Source of the DNA: Chrysomallon squamiferum
Lineage: Eukaryota > Animalia > Mollusca
Length of the DNA stretch: 64,000 nt
Assembly: GCA_012295275.1 (NCBI GenBank)
Contig: CM022673.1
Coordinates: 21,452,001-21,516,000, forward strand
Direction: 5' to 3'
In this document: piece by piece, positions 25,657 through 39,567 of the stretch
Numbering within the stretch: the first letter of the stretch is position 1
How the letters are laid out: every line of letters starts with the position of its first letter
Position numbers and translations under genes: made by a program
The notes under the pieces: generated by a model
Databases searched by the model: none
What the model was told of the DNA's origin: nothing
The model's input: only the letters and a program-made list of their open reading frames with translations

Positions 25657-28600
25657 TCATACAGATACAACAGAATCATCTGCCTTTGGACTGCTTTGTC
25701 CTTTCTTATCTACTTCAAGATCATCATTGTTTTCAGCATCAGGTTCAGCACTAGCATTTTCATCAATAGCATATTTTGAACATGATTTGCTGCACAAACC
25801 TCCTGTTCTGATGGTGTGGTGTGTCCGAGGACCGCAGCACGTGTCTGTGAAACACTTTAATTCTGGACCACACTGCAGCACACAGTTTTTTCCATTCATT
25901 ACTCCATCAATCTGGAATGTTAATGATATCAGTTTTAAAAAACACACATTAAAAGGATATGCACCACACAACAAATATTTTTTTGGGGGGGAGAATATTT
26001 AAAATATATTGATGATCATTAATTACCATTTTATTGTTAAAACTTTCAATTTTATTTTTGCTTTTAAAAAAACCTTGTAATCTTAAACCAATTTTAAAAC
26101 TTTAAGTTCTTTTTAAATTGAAATAGAAACCTCAATAAATTCTGGCTGAATTGTTGTTGAGTGAATTCCCTCATTATGGAACAGTTCTTTGATTTTTGAT
26201 GCAAGTAACATATATTCCTGTACATTCAGACAACTGACATGAGCTGAGGCAACAATGCGATTCCCAGCTAACTGCCAAACATGGAACTCATGGATGGCTC
26301 TGATACCTTCAAGCTGCAATTACGTGAAAAATAAGATTAAATGAAAATAAATTTAATAATAACTGTATATAACGTAAGAAACAGATGTTAGGGATAGCTC
26401 CCTTATTTAATAACGTAAGGTCTTAATTGGTTTCTTCTTGTTTTTTTTGTTGTTGTTTTTTTGTTTTTTTATCTATTTTAGTTATCTCCCTTATATTGAT
26501 CTCTCTGCATATTTTTACTTAAACTTTTTGCAGTTAGTATATACTTTCCAAAAGCAGAACTTGAAACCTAAGAAACCTTGTTCAAAGTGATTTCAAAATA
26601 AAGTAATTAACCAGATAAATTATAGTTTAAAGTTCAGTCTTTTCTGAGTAACTAGGATACGCTGACAAATTTAATATATTTCAAAGTGGTAACTTCATAA
26701 CAGAACAACAATTTTAAATTGTGTCTAAAAATTTTAATGGCACAGGAATAATAAAGATCATTTCTGAAAATAATGAAAACAGTTTCAGTGAAACATTAAT
26801 TGTTAAATCAAAAATAAATATTCACATTTTGACAAGTACAAGCCTTTTAATTTCTGTACCAAAATATTCTTTGGCATCAGTAACAATTTTAACAATAATT
26901 TAAAAATGGGTTAAAGAATGTGTTTACAAACCTTTTCTAACTTGCAGCGAATTCTTTCTGTTCGTATGTGGGAGGGCACAGCTTGCAGCAGGATAAATGC
27001 GGATTCTTTAACTGAAAACAAATACAAGTAAACAGATTACAAATGAAAACCAAAATATATTTACCAGAAGTCATTTCAATTTCTATCACAATAATAATCC
27101 GAATAAAATGTTATTAAATATTATGTACAATAAGGATCAGACAGTTTCTTAGTATTGTGATATGCAACTTAAATGAAAAAATATACAATAAAGAAATCAA
27201 ATCTTAAGCTATGTATAAAATCTAATTTTATTACAATTTATTATTTTTGATAATAGCCTTTTTACGATTTTAATTCATTTATTTAGTTGTTCGACGAGTT
27301 ACCTAGTTACAAGCTTAGACAGTTTAATACTTACACAGAGGAATTGTCGTACATAAAATTATTATCACCAGGATAATACTGAAAAGAGAAAAGGGAAACA
27401 GATTCAGTTAAAATCTAACTACATTTAAAAAAAAAATTTCTATGTAATTCACATGAAACTATTACTAAAATATTTTTAAAGTATGCATCAAGTAAATATA
27501 TAACTGAACATTACTTTGTTGCAGGAAGCTTGCTGAAAAATTGCAGAAACAACATGTACAACAACAACAAGAAAAAAAAAAAATCAGATATTTAGGTTAC
27601 TAATCCAAACACTTTGATTTAAACTTTAAAAATATTAAAAAGTACCTACCTCATACCAGGATCGACATAAAAACGCCAGTCATCTTCGATAAACCAGATT
27701 GCAAGAGCACTTAAAATGACTATCACAGAACCAAGGGCATCACCAAATACATGAAGAAAAACACCTTTCATGTTCAACTGACCACTTGATGCTAAAACAA
27801 GAATAAAGTCAATGGGACTGATTTATATGCATTACTGTGAAAATATTTAGCAAAATGTTTTTATTTTTAGTTAGGATTTATCTCCCTATATGCAAAACAG
27901 AAGTGAATTAAACCATTACAAACATTATTAATTTACAAAGTAAATTTTTATGTTATAACTTTAACACAGAACTAATTTTTAAATATGATCTTGCAGCACC
28001 TGTGCTAAATACTGAGCATTACTAAATTACCACAGCATAAAATCAGTTGTTATTTAAGTCTAGTTAAATTTAAAAAGGAAATATGCTCTACCTAAAATCT
28101 TTTAATAATAACACAAAAATAATGCCTGAAAATTAAAAAACATAAATAAATATATAAAAGTTAACCTAGAATTGAAATAATAAAACTGTACCTATTTTAG
28201 GAGAATCATTGTGAACTTCATTTCCATTTTCTGTACCAATAGTTAAAACAGTAACCGTTTGTTTTACATCATCCATGACTAGCTGCTCATTCTCATCTTT
28301 TTCATGATAGCCTTTTGACTTATCATCACCATGACTGTGTTTATCTGCTGCATGTGACTGGAGTCCACCATGTGAATGTCCTGCAGATGTCAAATTTTAA
28401 CGTAATGAAATACATTTTTTACAAGGTCAATCAGTATATTACATGATTTAAATAAACATTAAAAAAATCACATTTTTGTATAATTTGTTTGAAGTACTCT
28501 CCTTCTTTCGTTGTATATACAGAGATATCTTTCTAGTTCAGTTTTAAGTACACCAACCAAAAGTAACTATGCACTTACTCATTATGTATGAATTTTAGTA

Positions 28601-31259
28601 AAACACTGATCATTGAATTTACCAAATTTATTTTCATATCTTATGATTACCATATATGATATAATGTAAACTGTACTTTGCTTTAATTATTTATATGTAA
28701 AAATTAATATTATATCTGTATTCTTTTTAAACAGTAACATCAAAACATTTTGCAATTGCTTAAACAAATTATATCATTTATAATCATCTAGATACAGGTA
28801 TTTCAATCAGTGCAATATTAAAATATCTACAGAAACACTGTCAGCCTCCCAGTAACAAACCTCACATTGTGCTGGAAGCTGTAATTTTATTTTTGCAACA
28901 GATAATTAGTTTAATAACCTGTTTCATGACCAGCATTTAATGTACATGACAAACATCTAGACTGATAAAGTTCCCAAAATACAATGTTTTAAATGCACTG
29001 AAGTATAGCAGCTGTGTAATACCAGTAGGTAAATAATGCACGTGGTAATATAATCTATTATCACTAGACAAAATGAACGGCTGATCTTTTCAATGCATAA
29101 ACTTGGATAAAGACTATTAAACAACAAAGCTAACGGTGTACAATGACATACCAGAAAAATAATACCTAGATGTCTGACGTTTAAACTGGTTAAAAAGTAG
29201 AACATGCATCAATAGCATATATATATATAGCGCTGAAATGCTGGGGTCTTTTCAACCTTGAAAATCTGTTTTAAAATCGGTCAGTGTACTTGCACTTATG
29301 CCAAAGTCCAAATTGCAAAATTAACTCAAATCATTCTCCATTTAATTCAAAAATAGTCATGGTGACTTGCAAGAAATACAAATCAGTTAATTGTGTGAAG
29401 TATACACAATATCGTGAAAGATAATCAGGCAGTAAATAATAATAAAACCATATTATCAGTTCTGTAATATGCAAGACATTTCTTCATATAAAATAACAAC
29501 CAACCCAATTTTACATATTCTATATCTCCACATCATAGATATATCAAAATCTGATGTGGTTTTTGTTTCTATAATTAGCTGGTACCATAATCTTTTAAAA
29601 AAATATATGCATTTAATAAAACAAAAATTAATAATATTTAAAAATGTTTTGAAAACAAAAAACGCACCATGGTCATGGAAAAGAACTAATCCAATAATGT
29701 TGATTACTAGACCAGCTGCTCCAACAATCAGGAGAAGTTTTGGATTCTCAATTCTTTCTACATCAACCAGCCTCTTAAGTGCCTCAACCAGGATGGAAAA
29801 ACAGAGAGCCAAAAGAAAAACAGCATTTACCAAAGCACCTAGTACTTCTGCTCGTACCCAGCCAAATGTATTTCGTTTACTTGGCCATTTGGCAATCTGA
29901 AAATAAATTCAGGTGTTATGATTATGTGTGTCTTTGTATAACACATAATCACACAGACATCAACAAATACTTCAATTAAGAACCATGTATTTCTGTAATT
30001 TTCTACACACAAATTCAACATTAATAATTATCTATTTTTAAAATAAAATAAATTATATGTAATCCTGTTCTGGCAGATTATGACATTATCTTAGGAGCAC
30101 TTAGCCATTTTATCGCAAATATCATTTATCGTAATTATTCCTAAAGTCTTGTTGAAATTTATCCCCATTACACCAAGACTGCCCTGATGGTAATGACAGT
30201 TCTTAAATACAACATTCATTGACAACGCGAATGTCAGTATAGGTCAATAAGTCTATATATTAGATATCTCAACAACATTTTGTTCTTTTATTTGTGAAAT
30301 AAATATTTTCTATTAAGTATAATTTACAGACTATTAATTTATTTTATTTTCTTGAATTGTTATTTATAATCTTTTTATAACTATAATTAAGCCTGGTTAA
30401 ACTTTTTGTGTGATTAAAAATAATAATAATAATAATTTTAAAAAAAAAAATGAAGAAAAAATACTTCATCATATCCATATAACATAACCTACACTCATTA
30501 TTTTATGAGATCATCTGTAAACAAAATAACTAAAATTATTAACATGCAAAGATAAACATTCCTCTTTCAGAAATAAGAATGCCTGTGGAATCTACTTTGC
30601 ATTACAATCATCTTAAGAAGAATGCATAAAAAAAAAATTAAGTACAAATAAAAGAAATATAAAATATAATAACAGAATAATAAAAAATAAAAATAAAAAT
30701 TCTGTTATTGCATCACAATTTACATGATCCATAAGTGTGTTTCAAAAAAATACTTCATCTGTCATTGGTTATTTTGATGACAATAAGATGTTGGACACTT
30801 AAGGTCTGTTGCATCAGCAGGCTCAATGTTATCAAAGGTTATCTGAATAGTGTTGTTAATGAGTCAGTTATAAATTACTTCTTTAATAACTTTAAGTAAT
30901 TATTTCATTCTATTTAAAGACTAAATACTTCATTTTCTCATTATTCTTTACATAATAACATAATTAAATTCTTTTAAGCCCTACCTCCAGCCCTATAGAA
31001 CTCTATGTTTAATTAATGATATTATGATTATGTAATAAATAATTATTCAGTTTACTTTTGAAAATTCCACAAAGGTACTTACCCTGACACATGAAAATCC
31101 AACTATAAGTGCTACAACATCTGACAACATATGGAATGAATCAGCAATCAAAGCAACAGAGTTGGTAATGTAACCAACAATAATTTCAACTAAGAAAAAT
31201 GTAGCTGTCAATCCCAGCATTGTCAGAAGACGACAGGTCTTGCTATTGAATTTTCCCAT
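25657..31259 (-). CDS. SLC30A1: Zinc transporter 1-like (cation diffusion facilitator family zinc exporter)
   Basis: Exons 31259-31083, 29896-29668, 28380-28192, 27791-27650, 27378-27335, 27011-26932, 26313-26131, 25911-25657. Motifs ADSFHMLSD, NTFGWVRAEVLGALVN, His loop HDHGHSHG, LNMKGVFLHVFGDALGS, IHEFHVWQLAG, GIHSTTIQPEF and a Cys-rich tail. HxxxD in both TM2 and TM5. Confidence 0.95.
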
Positions 31260-32178
31260 TGTGAAATGATTTTTCTTTTTCAGAATTAATGGTCTGAAAT
31301 TAAATAACTTCTTTTTTAGTAAAGAAACATATAAAACAAATTTAATCACAAATTCTCTTTATAGTTTATGTTATACATCATAAAAAAATATCAGATACTA
31401 TTAAAATTGTTTAAAATGACACTATAACACAAACAGTAGAAGATTATTGATTTTGGTTTTTTAAATTCATTTTCTGGTATCAGCAATTAGATATGACACT
31501 ACTGATAATTTGAACATTTATATATGATATTCCGTTTATTAAGCACTACTTAATATTTCCATAATTATTTTTTCTGTAGTTAATAATACTAGTATTTCTT
31601 TTATGACTCAGCAGTCTTATGCTCATAACACTGTTTTTAAAATGTATAATTTTTGGTTCACATTTGATTTATTTTGAAAATAAATAAATTAAAAAACAAA
31701 TAAAAAGAAAAAGAAATGAAAAAATAATAATAATCATTGTCAAAACCTGTCTGTTATGACTCAAATACTGAATATGTGACAACGGTTTGTTTCAACAACA
31801 AATCTCAAGTGTGAAATGACCCTGTAATTTGTAATATTTAAATACTTTAATTTAAATAAAGTAATCGTTGCTTTGTTATAATTGTTATATTGCAACTTAA
31901 ACTACATTAGTAATTATTTAATACATGTCCGGCCTACTTTTTTCTTCTCTAGCACCATTTTCAGAACAACAGTTTTCATTCTTCATTTCATGTTAATTCT
32001 CTAATAATTATTATCTTACAAACAATTCCATTATCATTATGGTGTAACGATAAACTCGCTTGTTTTCATCACCTACCTTTACTCTAATGTCGTATGAAAG
32101 AAAACAACTGGGGCTGTTTTACTTGAATAGTGGATGAATATTAAATCAAAATTCAACCAAGAAAAACACATTTCCTTT

Positions 32179-32283
32179 TGCACACAACACGGATTATTCA
32201 AGCGATAACAAAAGTCACCATAACAAAATTATCTGCACCCGGCACGTCCGAAAAAAAAAAAAAAATAAAGAGGTCTGTGTGCA
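32179..32283. promoter_or_regulatory. Proximal metal response element cluster (3 MREs)
   Basis: TGCACAC 32179-32185 (+), TGCACCCGGCAC 32234-32245 (+), TGCACACAGACC 32283-32272 (-); all match the core TGCRCNC. Confidence 0.8.
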
Positions 32284-32911
32284 AATGAGTAACTCGGGGT
32301 TTGGAATGTTCATTATTTCGGTCAGCTTTGTGACTGATATGTTGTAAGGAGAATATATAATAAAGAACTGATAGATTGTTTATATTAAAAGTTTAAAGGT
32401 AAAGGAATCTTTACGAAAGAAAAATCGTTTGAATTAAGATAAAAACACCAAACGTCAGTTTCCAGGGGAATTAACTCCAATTCAGTTTTTAATCTTACTG
32501 ATCACACTTGTCATCAAGGTCTCTCTCTCACCCAAGGAAGAGAGAGGAAAAAATAAATTTCCCAAAACACGTTCGCATCCAAGACAATACAAATCCGTTC
32601 ATGATTATAAACAGTACTTATAAAATAATATTAAATTATGTAAAAGTCGTTATATTATTAAATACGATATTTAAAATGCTATATATATATGTATGTATGT
32701 ATGTACATAAAATATAGTATATAATTATATTACACGGGATAACAGTATTTTTATTTATTTATTTCTGATTGAACTAACAGTATATGTTTTTTTAAATCTT
32801 TAAAAAAAAATTTATACTGAAATGATTCATTAATTTTATTTTGTTAATTATTAAAGTATTAAATTATTAAATTTGAGGATATTATAACATTAATTTGATA
32901 AAACAACTCAC

Positions 32912-33055
32912 CTTAAAATACTTGATACCAAATAAACCTAACTATTCTTCACTCGACATCACTGTTCATTAAACAAAAAAGATAAAGAAGTATCTGTCTA
33001 TATAAATATTAGCGTATATGCACCCGTCACTTCACAGAGAAAAGGTCTGTGTGCA
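32912..33055 (-). promoter_or_regulatory. Distal ZnT1 promoter: inverted MRE pair, TATA-like box and short non-coding first exon
   Basis: TGCACCCGTCAC 33019-33030 (+), TGCACACAGACC 33055-33044 (-), TATTTATATAG about 33008-32998 (-), donor AAG|GTGAGT at 32912/32911. Confidence 0.7.
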
Positions 33056-33130
33056 GTCATAGATGGGTCGGGAAATAATAACAAATACAAATACTTGAAA
33101 TAGGCTTACTTCTGATGATGTGACCTGATA

Positions 33131-33227
33131 CAGGGGCGGTTCTACGATTTAACATACATATAAGAAAATTATGAAGGGGGCCAGCAACGAATCACCTCCG
33201 ACTGGTTCTTACCTGAGTATGCGCCTG
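33131..33227. mobile_element. Possible degenerate MITE
   Basis: Starts CAGGGGCGG, ends GCGCCTG (imperfect inverted termini), flanked by ATA on both sides. Confidence 0.35.
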
Positions 33228-33673
33228 ATACATTAACTGCTGTTAAGATTATTTTTATTAAGTTTGTTCAGGATGGAAAATGTAAATTTACTTCTCAATA
33301 TTAAATATATTTTTCTATTCATAAAAATGAACATTTTATTGTTTAATATTAAATAATTTTATTAACAGTTTCTGTTATAAATTCAGAATTAATAAAATAT
33401 TTTATTACTGTTTAACATTCGTTTTCAACTATGCGCCGAGTTGTAATTATTCGATTACCAGTTCTCAACATTCGTATATACTTTGTTATAGCTGAACATT
33501 CAAATAATTTTGAAAAACATGACGCAGCTTTACGGTGAAAGAACTGAGTTTTCGGTAAAAATAAAACAAATTAATCTCTCCCCTCTTTTTTCTGTGTTTG
33601 AAAAATGCAACGCTAGTGTAAACAAAACCAAACTTTTTTTTTTTTTTTTATGTCAGCCATTCTTATGAAGTTA

Positions 33674-33705
<32 letters not shown>

Positions 33706-34775
33706 CGAAACCGATTAAGGTGAAGGTCAGTTTGACACATACTCCTGTGTGGTTATTTTTCTACGGGAACGGTGAATGACACCATCAGCACGTTTGAATA
33801 ACCATCTTCAAAAATGTACTCATGCGACAAAAACTGTTAAGAGATTATTATAATTTTTCATGGAGGATTTTGAGACATTTGGTATCACAATATTCTAAAG
33901 GTTAAACTATTGCATCAGTTTGCATATTAGTTTCATCATTTATTTATGGCATTATAAATACTGCACAAAATGCCATTTTCCGGATTTTCCAAATTTCACA
34001 GACAGTAATAAGATAAGTTTTATTTTATTCTGTAAACCTCAATTAATTTCACAGCTTTTTAGCATATTTAACATAAGACGTTAGCAAAATAACAAAGAAT
34101 TATGTGTTTCAACTTTATTTTATTACATATGTACATTCAAAATATTTATGACATGACATATTCTGTTTGATGATAAACAATTATTTTAACAAGATGATAA
34201 CAAAGGTTGATGATAATCAGAATATGAACCTTATTTTTTCTTACATGCAGTCCTTCATTCATCCAAACGTATACACATATTAAAAATAAACCACCAGTAG
34301 CAATATGGTAACTGAAACTGATTTTAAAAAATTGCAGTATTATTTTTTAATCACTTCTGGTTATTCTGATGTGGAAATATTGTTATCAGCAGTTACATAA
34401 CGAATGTTTTTTAAATGACAGAATAACTGCTAAGTCCTGAAAATAAAGATTCTTTTTTTTGAATCTGAACTTCTACAATGCATAAAATATTTTGATTTTC
34501 CATCTGTTACTTCCATCTGTTACAGGCAAGAAACTTTAAAACATTGTGTGATTTCTGCAAAATTATTTGCATTACATAATTTCAAAAAATAAAATTAATA
34601 TGTCAACAGATTTATTCATGAACAGTTATAAACCTATGCTGTTGTTGTCAAACTTCTGCAGTCTTTTGTTTTGTACAAGATATTATCTTCCAAATAGTAA
34701 CATGAAGTATTTCACATTCACAGCATTTTAGGTTTAAATTATGAAAATTCATATATATCCTGCTGTTACAGTTCA

Positions 34776-37463
34776 TCATTTTCTTGGCATTCTTGGGCCT
34801 CCTGGCCCAGCCATCATTGGTGGACCACGCATTCCAACACCCATCATGGGTGGACCCATAGGTGGTCCCATAGGTGGTCCACGCATTCCCACTGAAATTA
34901 AAAATCACATTTTCATAATAATGAAAATGAAAAGCAACTAAATAACTGACTAATTAAATTACACATATTTCATGGTTTACAAACAACAAACACAGTACCA
35001 TTAATACTTATTGCTTATAAAATACTGGTTTATGTATGAAAAATAAACTGGTTTGGATAAATTATTTATTTATGCATTAAATCTATGATATTTTGAAAAT
35101 CTCAGAGGTTCCAGTTTTGCTTACTGAACATTGTAAACATCAGATAAACTCACTTGGCATCATTGGAGGAGCCATCCCACCTGGTGGACCCATCAATGGC
35201 ATGCCCACTGGACCTTGCATATGTGGAGGCTGTGCTGGACCTGGAGGAACATTGGCACCTGATTTTCCTCAATTGAAAATTAAAACCAGAATGATAATTT
35301 CTGCTAATACTTAACTGATACAAATCATATATATTACCTAAATAAAATATTCCCATCAAATTTGTTTCAAATGTGAAATTACTATTATAGCATTTTTTTT
35401 TTATTATTACAGAACTGCAATGAAACCCCAAAAATAACTAATTTATCATTTTACTTTTTAAAGTGATATCAGAAAAATATGAAAAAATATTTATGAACAA
35501 CACCTAAGCTTGTATTAATATAATTATTATGTGTCAAATATATTTCTTTGTATCATGGAATGATAGAGGAAAGTGTCACAAATGGGTTATCATTACTGAT
35601 GAACTATATGGATCTCTTATACTGAAACTTTCACACAGGTAAAGATTTATCATGGTCTTTGCTAAACCAGCTAGAATGCAATTATGAGAAAATACTTTTA
35701 TTAACTAACCGGCCATTGCTGCAGGTGGAGGAATCATAGCACCACCAGGTCCTCCACTATTACCAGCTCCTGTGTTACCAAATGGATTATTGGCGATTTT
35801 CCCAGCCTTATATGCTGCAGCTGTGGTTAAAAACAAAATAATCCATAACAAAATAAAATAAACAATATCCTGTATTAACATACATTCAGTCTCCATTTTG
35901 ATCTAGACAGTTATTTAAACCACAGTGTTATCAGTATTTAAAGATCAATTATTTTAAATTATCCTTAACTCTGTATTTGTCATAGGTCAACTACATTAAA
36001 ATTATAATACAAATTATCTAAAGATCAGCAGAATATAAAAAAAAAGAACCCAACATAATAAAAGTAATAATAATAAAAACAACAAGTCCTTACTTGTGTC
36101 ATCAACCAGTTTTTGTACTTGTTCTTCTAGCCATTTCTGGTAATAAAGTCGAACATTTTCTTTGTGTTTTCTTCCGTTGCAATGTGTTTTCCTAACTGAT
36201 GGCTGATAGAAATAGAACACAATTCCAACATTTTACTAACTGTTATTATAAATAAAATCTATGAACAACATAAAACATTTTATAAATATATAAATACCTT
36301 TGTCGTTTTCAGCTACAGAGGATTGCATTGAAATATAAACAAGGTATATGCAGTTTTAGTAATTAATGATTTATACATTTCAAATGTACGTGAACACAAC
36401 TAAACTGTAATAATATTTATCAAACAGATATGTAAATAAATATATTGTACATAATTCATTATTGTGTATTGATACATTGTTTAAATTCATACTTACTGAA
36501 TCATGTGTGAGATATGTGTCACAATAATCACAATAGTATCTGGAAAAATAAATTTTATTTTTTAAATATTTATATGTGACATATTTATAAACTTTCTTTA
36601 ATATAAATTTTGTCCTTCTGATTTATTACTTAGCACCAGAAATGACTGGTGTTCAGAAACAAACCAAATGGTCACACATAAGTATATCATCTGTATTGTA
36701 TATCATCATCTCTATGTCATATATTAATGCTATTTAATTTCACTAAAGATTTACTTTAATAACTGAGAACAATAGCTTACAAATTAATTATATCAGTATT
36801 GATTATTACTATTCAATTAAAATCACATAATGATAAACTGGAACCAAACTTCTAAACTGAAACAACTAAATATATAATTTTTATAAACTGTCCCAAAAGT
36901 TTAAAAAATAAAATAAAAAATGAATGTAAAACAAACAAGCTTGGTAATGAGATAGAAAAAAAAAAAAGGTGTGATTTGACAAGCTGAAGTGAGCAGAGAT
37001 ATATTTATATGTATAATATGTGCACTAGTGTGACTAGGCTGACTAGCAGTAGCAATATATTATATACTATAGCATTAGCAGGAAATTCTTCTATTTCAGT
37101 ATTTGCAGCAAAATAACCAGGAAAACTGCTGACAACAATAAACCTTCTACTTTAACTTTAGGCTAGGTCTAAAGTAGGTTCCTGTGTTTTTACTTTGAAA
37201 TCATATAAAATCTATATAAAATAATCACTATTACATAGTAATATTATATTAGTAATACTATGTCTAATAGTATACAAAATACAGACACCGAGTCAGACGA
37301 TCTGGTCTCGAACCGACTCAGTGACGAGAGTGACATGGGAAAATCTAATAAGAAAGAATTAAAAACTAAGACTAGACTCTGCTATTATGTAATTATACAT
37401 ATTAATAATCCATGCATAAACAAAATAAACATAAATTAAATAATGGTGTCTTTACTTCGGCAT
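34776..37463 (-). CDS. SNRPC: U1 small nuclear ribonucleoprotein C
   Basis: Exons 37463-37456, 36539-36497, 36202-36094, 35820-35710, 35258-35154, 34891-34776. [45 protein letters not shown] (U1 zinc finger) and a Pro/Met/Gly-rich tail ending RMPRK*. Confidence 0.98.
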
Positions 37464-38089
37464 TTTCAATGCTTGAAAGCAAACCACGATCCGAAAACGT
37501 CCAATTTGGTTCAACTGTTAATAAGCGTTTGTTAAGCGCATTATGATTAGGAATGTATAATGAAGCGTATTGTGACTGAAATATCGGTTAACATATAAAC
37601 CGTGTTTAACGTTTATCCCAACAGGCACAGACAACTCCACGATCCTTTTCAACTTAATTAAATTTTATTAAACCTATTTATAATATATTTTAATTATTAA
37701 TAATCGAAAAGTATATGTAAATTATATTCTGCAAATTACTTAAACAAGCCTACAGCTTTCTTTAAACACACTGATATATAAAGGATCCAACATATTATAA
37801 ATTATAATGTTGATGAAGCATTTTGTTAAATGTGGATTTCTTGAATTTAAATTAACGCGCTCTTCTGTTTATTACATTTGTTATTTACTAATATTATTTT
37901 GCGGTTGAAGGACATATAGACTATCTGCTTATGAATAAAATCTAAATTTATCTTCTTTGAGCTCAATAAAATAGCAGGATCAAGAATAGGTAATTTCTTA
38001 AATTCTGCAACGTCATCGCCATTTGGAAGTATATTTCTGGACTTACTGATTATTTCATTGACACTAGAGGGCTGTTATTTTGAGCGTGG

Positions 38090-38280
38090 CAAAAAAAAAA
38101 AAAAATAAAAAAAAAAAAAAAAAAAAAATATATATAAAAAAAAAAAAAAAGAAAAAAAAAAAAAATAAAATAAATAAATAAAAAATGAATAAAAAAAAAA
38201 ATAAAAAATAAAATAAATATATATATATATATATATATAATTAAAAAATAACAAAACTGAAAAACAAAAAACATTGAAGT
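38090..38280. repeat. A-rich/(AT)n low-complexity tract
   Basis: Directly visible between the divergent SNRPC and NUP160 starts. Confidence 0.9.
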
Positions 38281-38877
38281 GAAATTTAGACTTAAAATCT
38301 TTTTACAAAATAAAATATATCAAAACGTATAAGCATAATAAGGGTAACAACACTAGCACTTAATTTAAACCTGCCGAAACAAAACGCCCACTTATCTTTA
38401 ATTTAAAATTTGTTATCTTTACTGACATTATCTTTAACAAAGTATGATAATCAGAAAGTTAATAAACAATAAAATTGTTTTAATATTCAAGTACTTTATA
38501 TTTAAACAGCATAACTGAACTAAGCTCGACATTTTTTCCCCAATGTTTTATTCAGATACATACATATATACAGACTGATATACAGGTAGAGAGAGACACA
38601 CTCATATACGTGCAGCTATTATCATTATTATTTAAAGTATCTATATATTTTTAATTTGCTAAATACAGTATATAGTATTTTCAGGTGCCGAAACACACCA
38701 TCGTCCGCTTTATCGAAGAAACAGTCGCAGTCAGCAGCACGCTTTTAAGAAATCAATTCATTTCATTATTTCATTTATTTCATTATTATCACTTTTTTTT
38801 ATATATGGAAAAACATAATTATGATTCAGCAGCGTTAATAACAACAATAATAAAACTATGCAATAGTCGGTCTTTAA

Positions 38878-38917
<40 letters not shown>

Positions 38918-39567
38918 TTTCAGATATTGTGATTATACATTGTTGTCACAAAAAATGGCAAAGGAAATAAAATATTTAAAAAAAAAAAAAAACATTCAGC
39001 ACTAATAGAATGATGACAAAAATGTAACTAATTGTTCACTTCAATGTGTTTACGAATAGTAATAAAGTTTATCCAGATATACACCGATCTGAGACATATT
39101 TTTAAATGAAACTTTAAACATATAGGTCTTTTCAACTGTTTGGTGGAATTAAGTACATACCAACAGACAGTATCTAGTATATATTTAAATTAATTGATAA
39201 CTGACACATTTACTGCTTAGATTAAAGTGTTAACATACTGATAAAACAGTTATTTATTTTCAGTCATACTGTTATAATTATATTTTTCAGTTCAATATAG
39301 CTTTTTCATGTCGTTTATTTTCTATTTATTCTTAGTAATAAATGTTGAAATCTTGCTTGAAAATGTTGATGACAAAATGTAACAGTTAAGAGCTTATATC
39401 TTAATTATTTTATCTTGTTACGATAATTGTGAAGCTCATATAAGCTAGTATACTGCTGATTATCGTTGTCGGTATTTGACGGTTTTTGCCGGTAACTACT
39501 GACACCCACACCTACAATTCATTTACATAGGAAGCGGAACTGTTTCTTTCACTAGTTAAAAACGAAA

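Noticed and set aside
37288-37322. Short inverted repeat GAGTC...GACTC in SNRPC intron 1
   Set aside because: Weak, interrupted stem and no clear snoRNA boxes.
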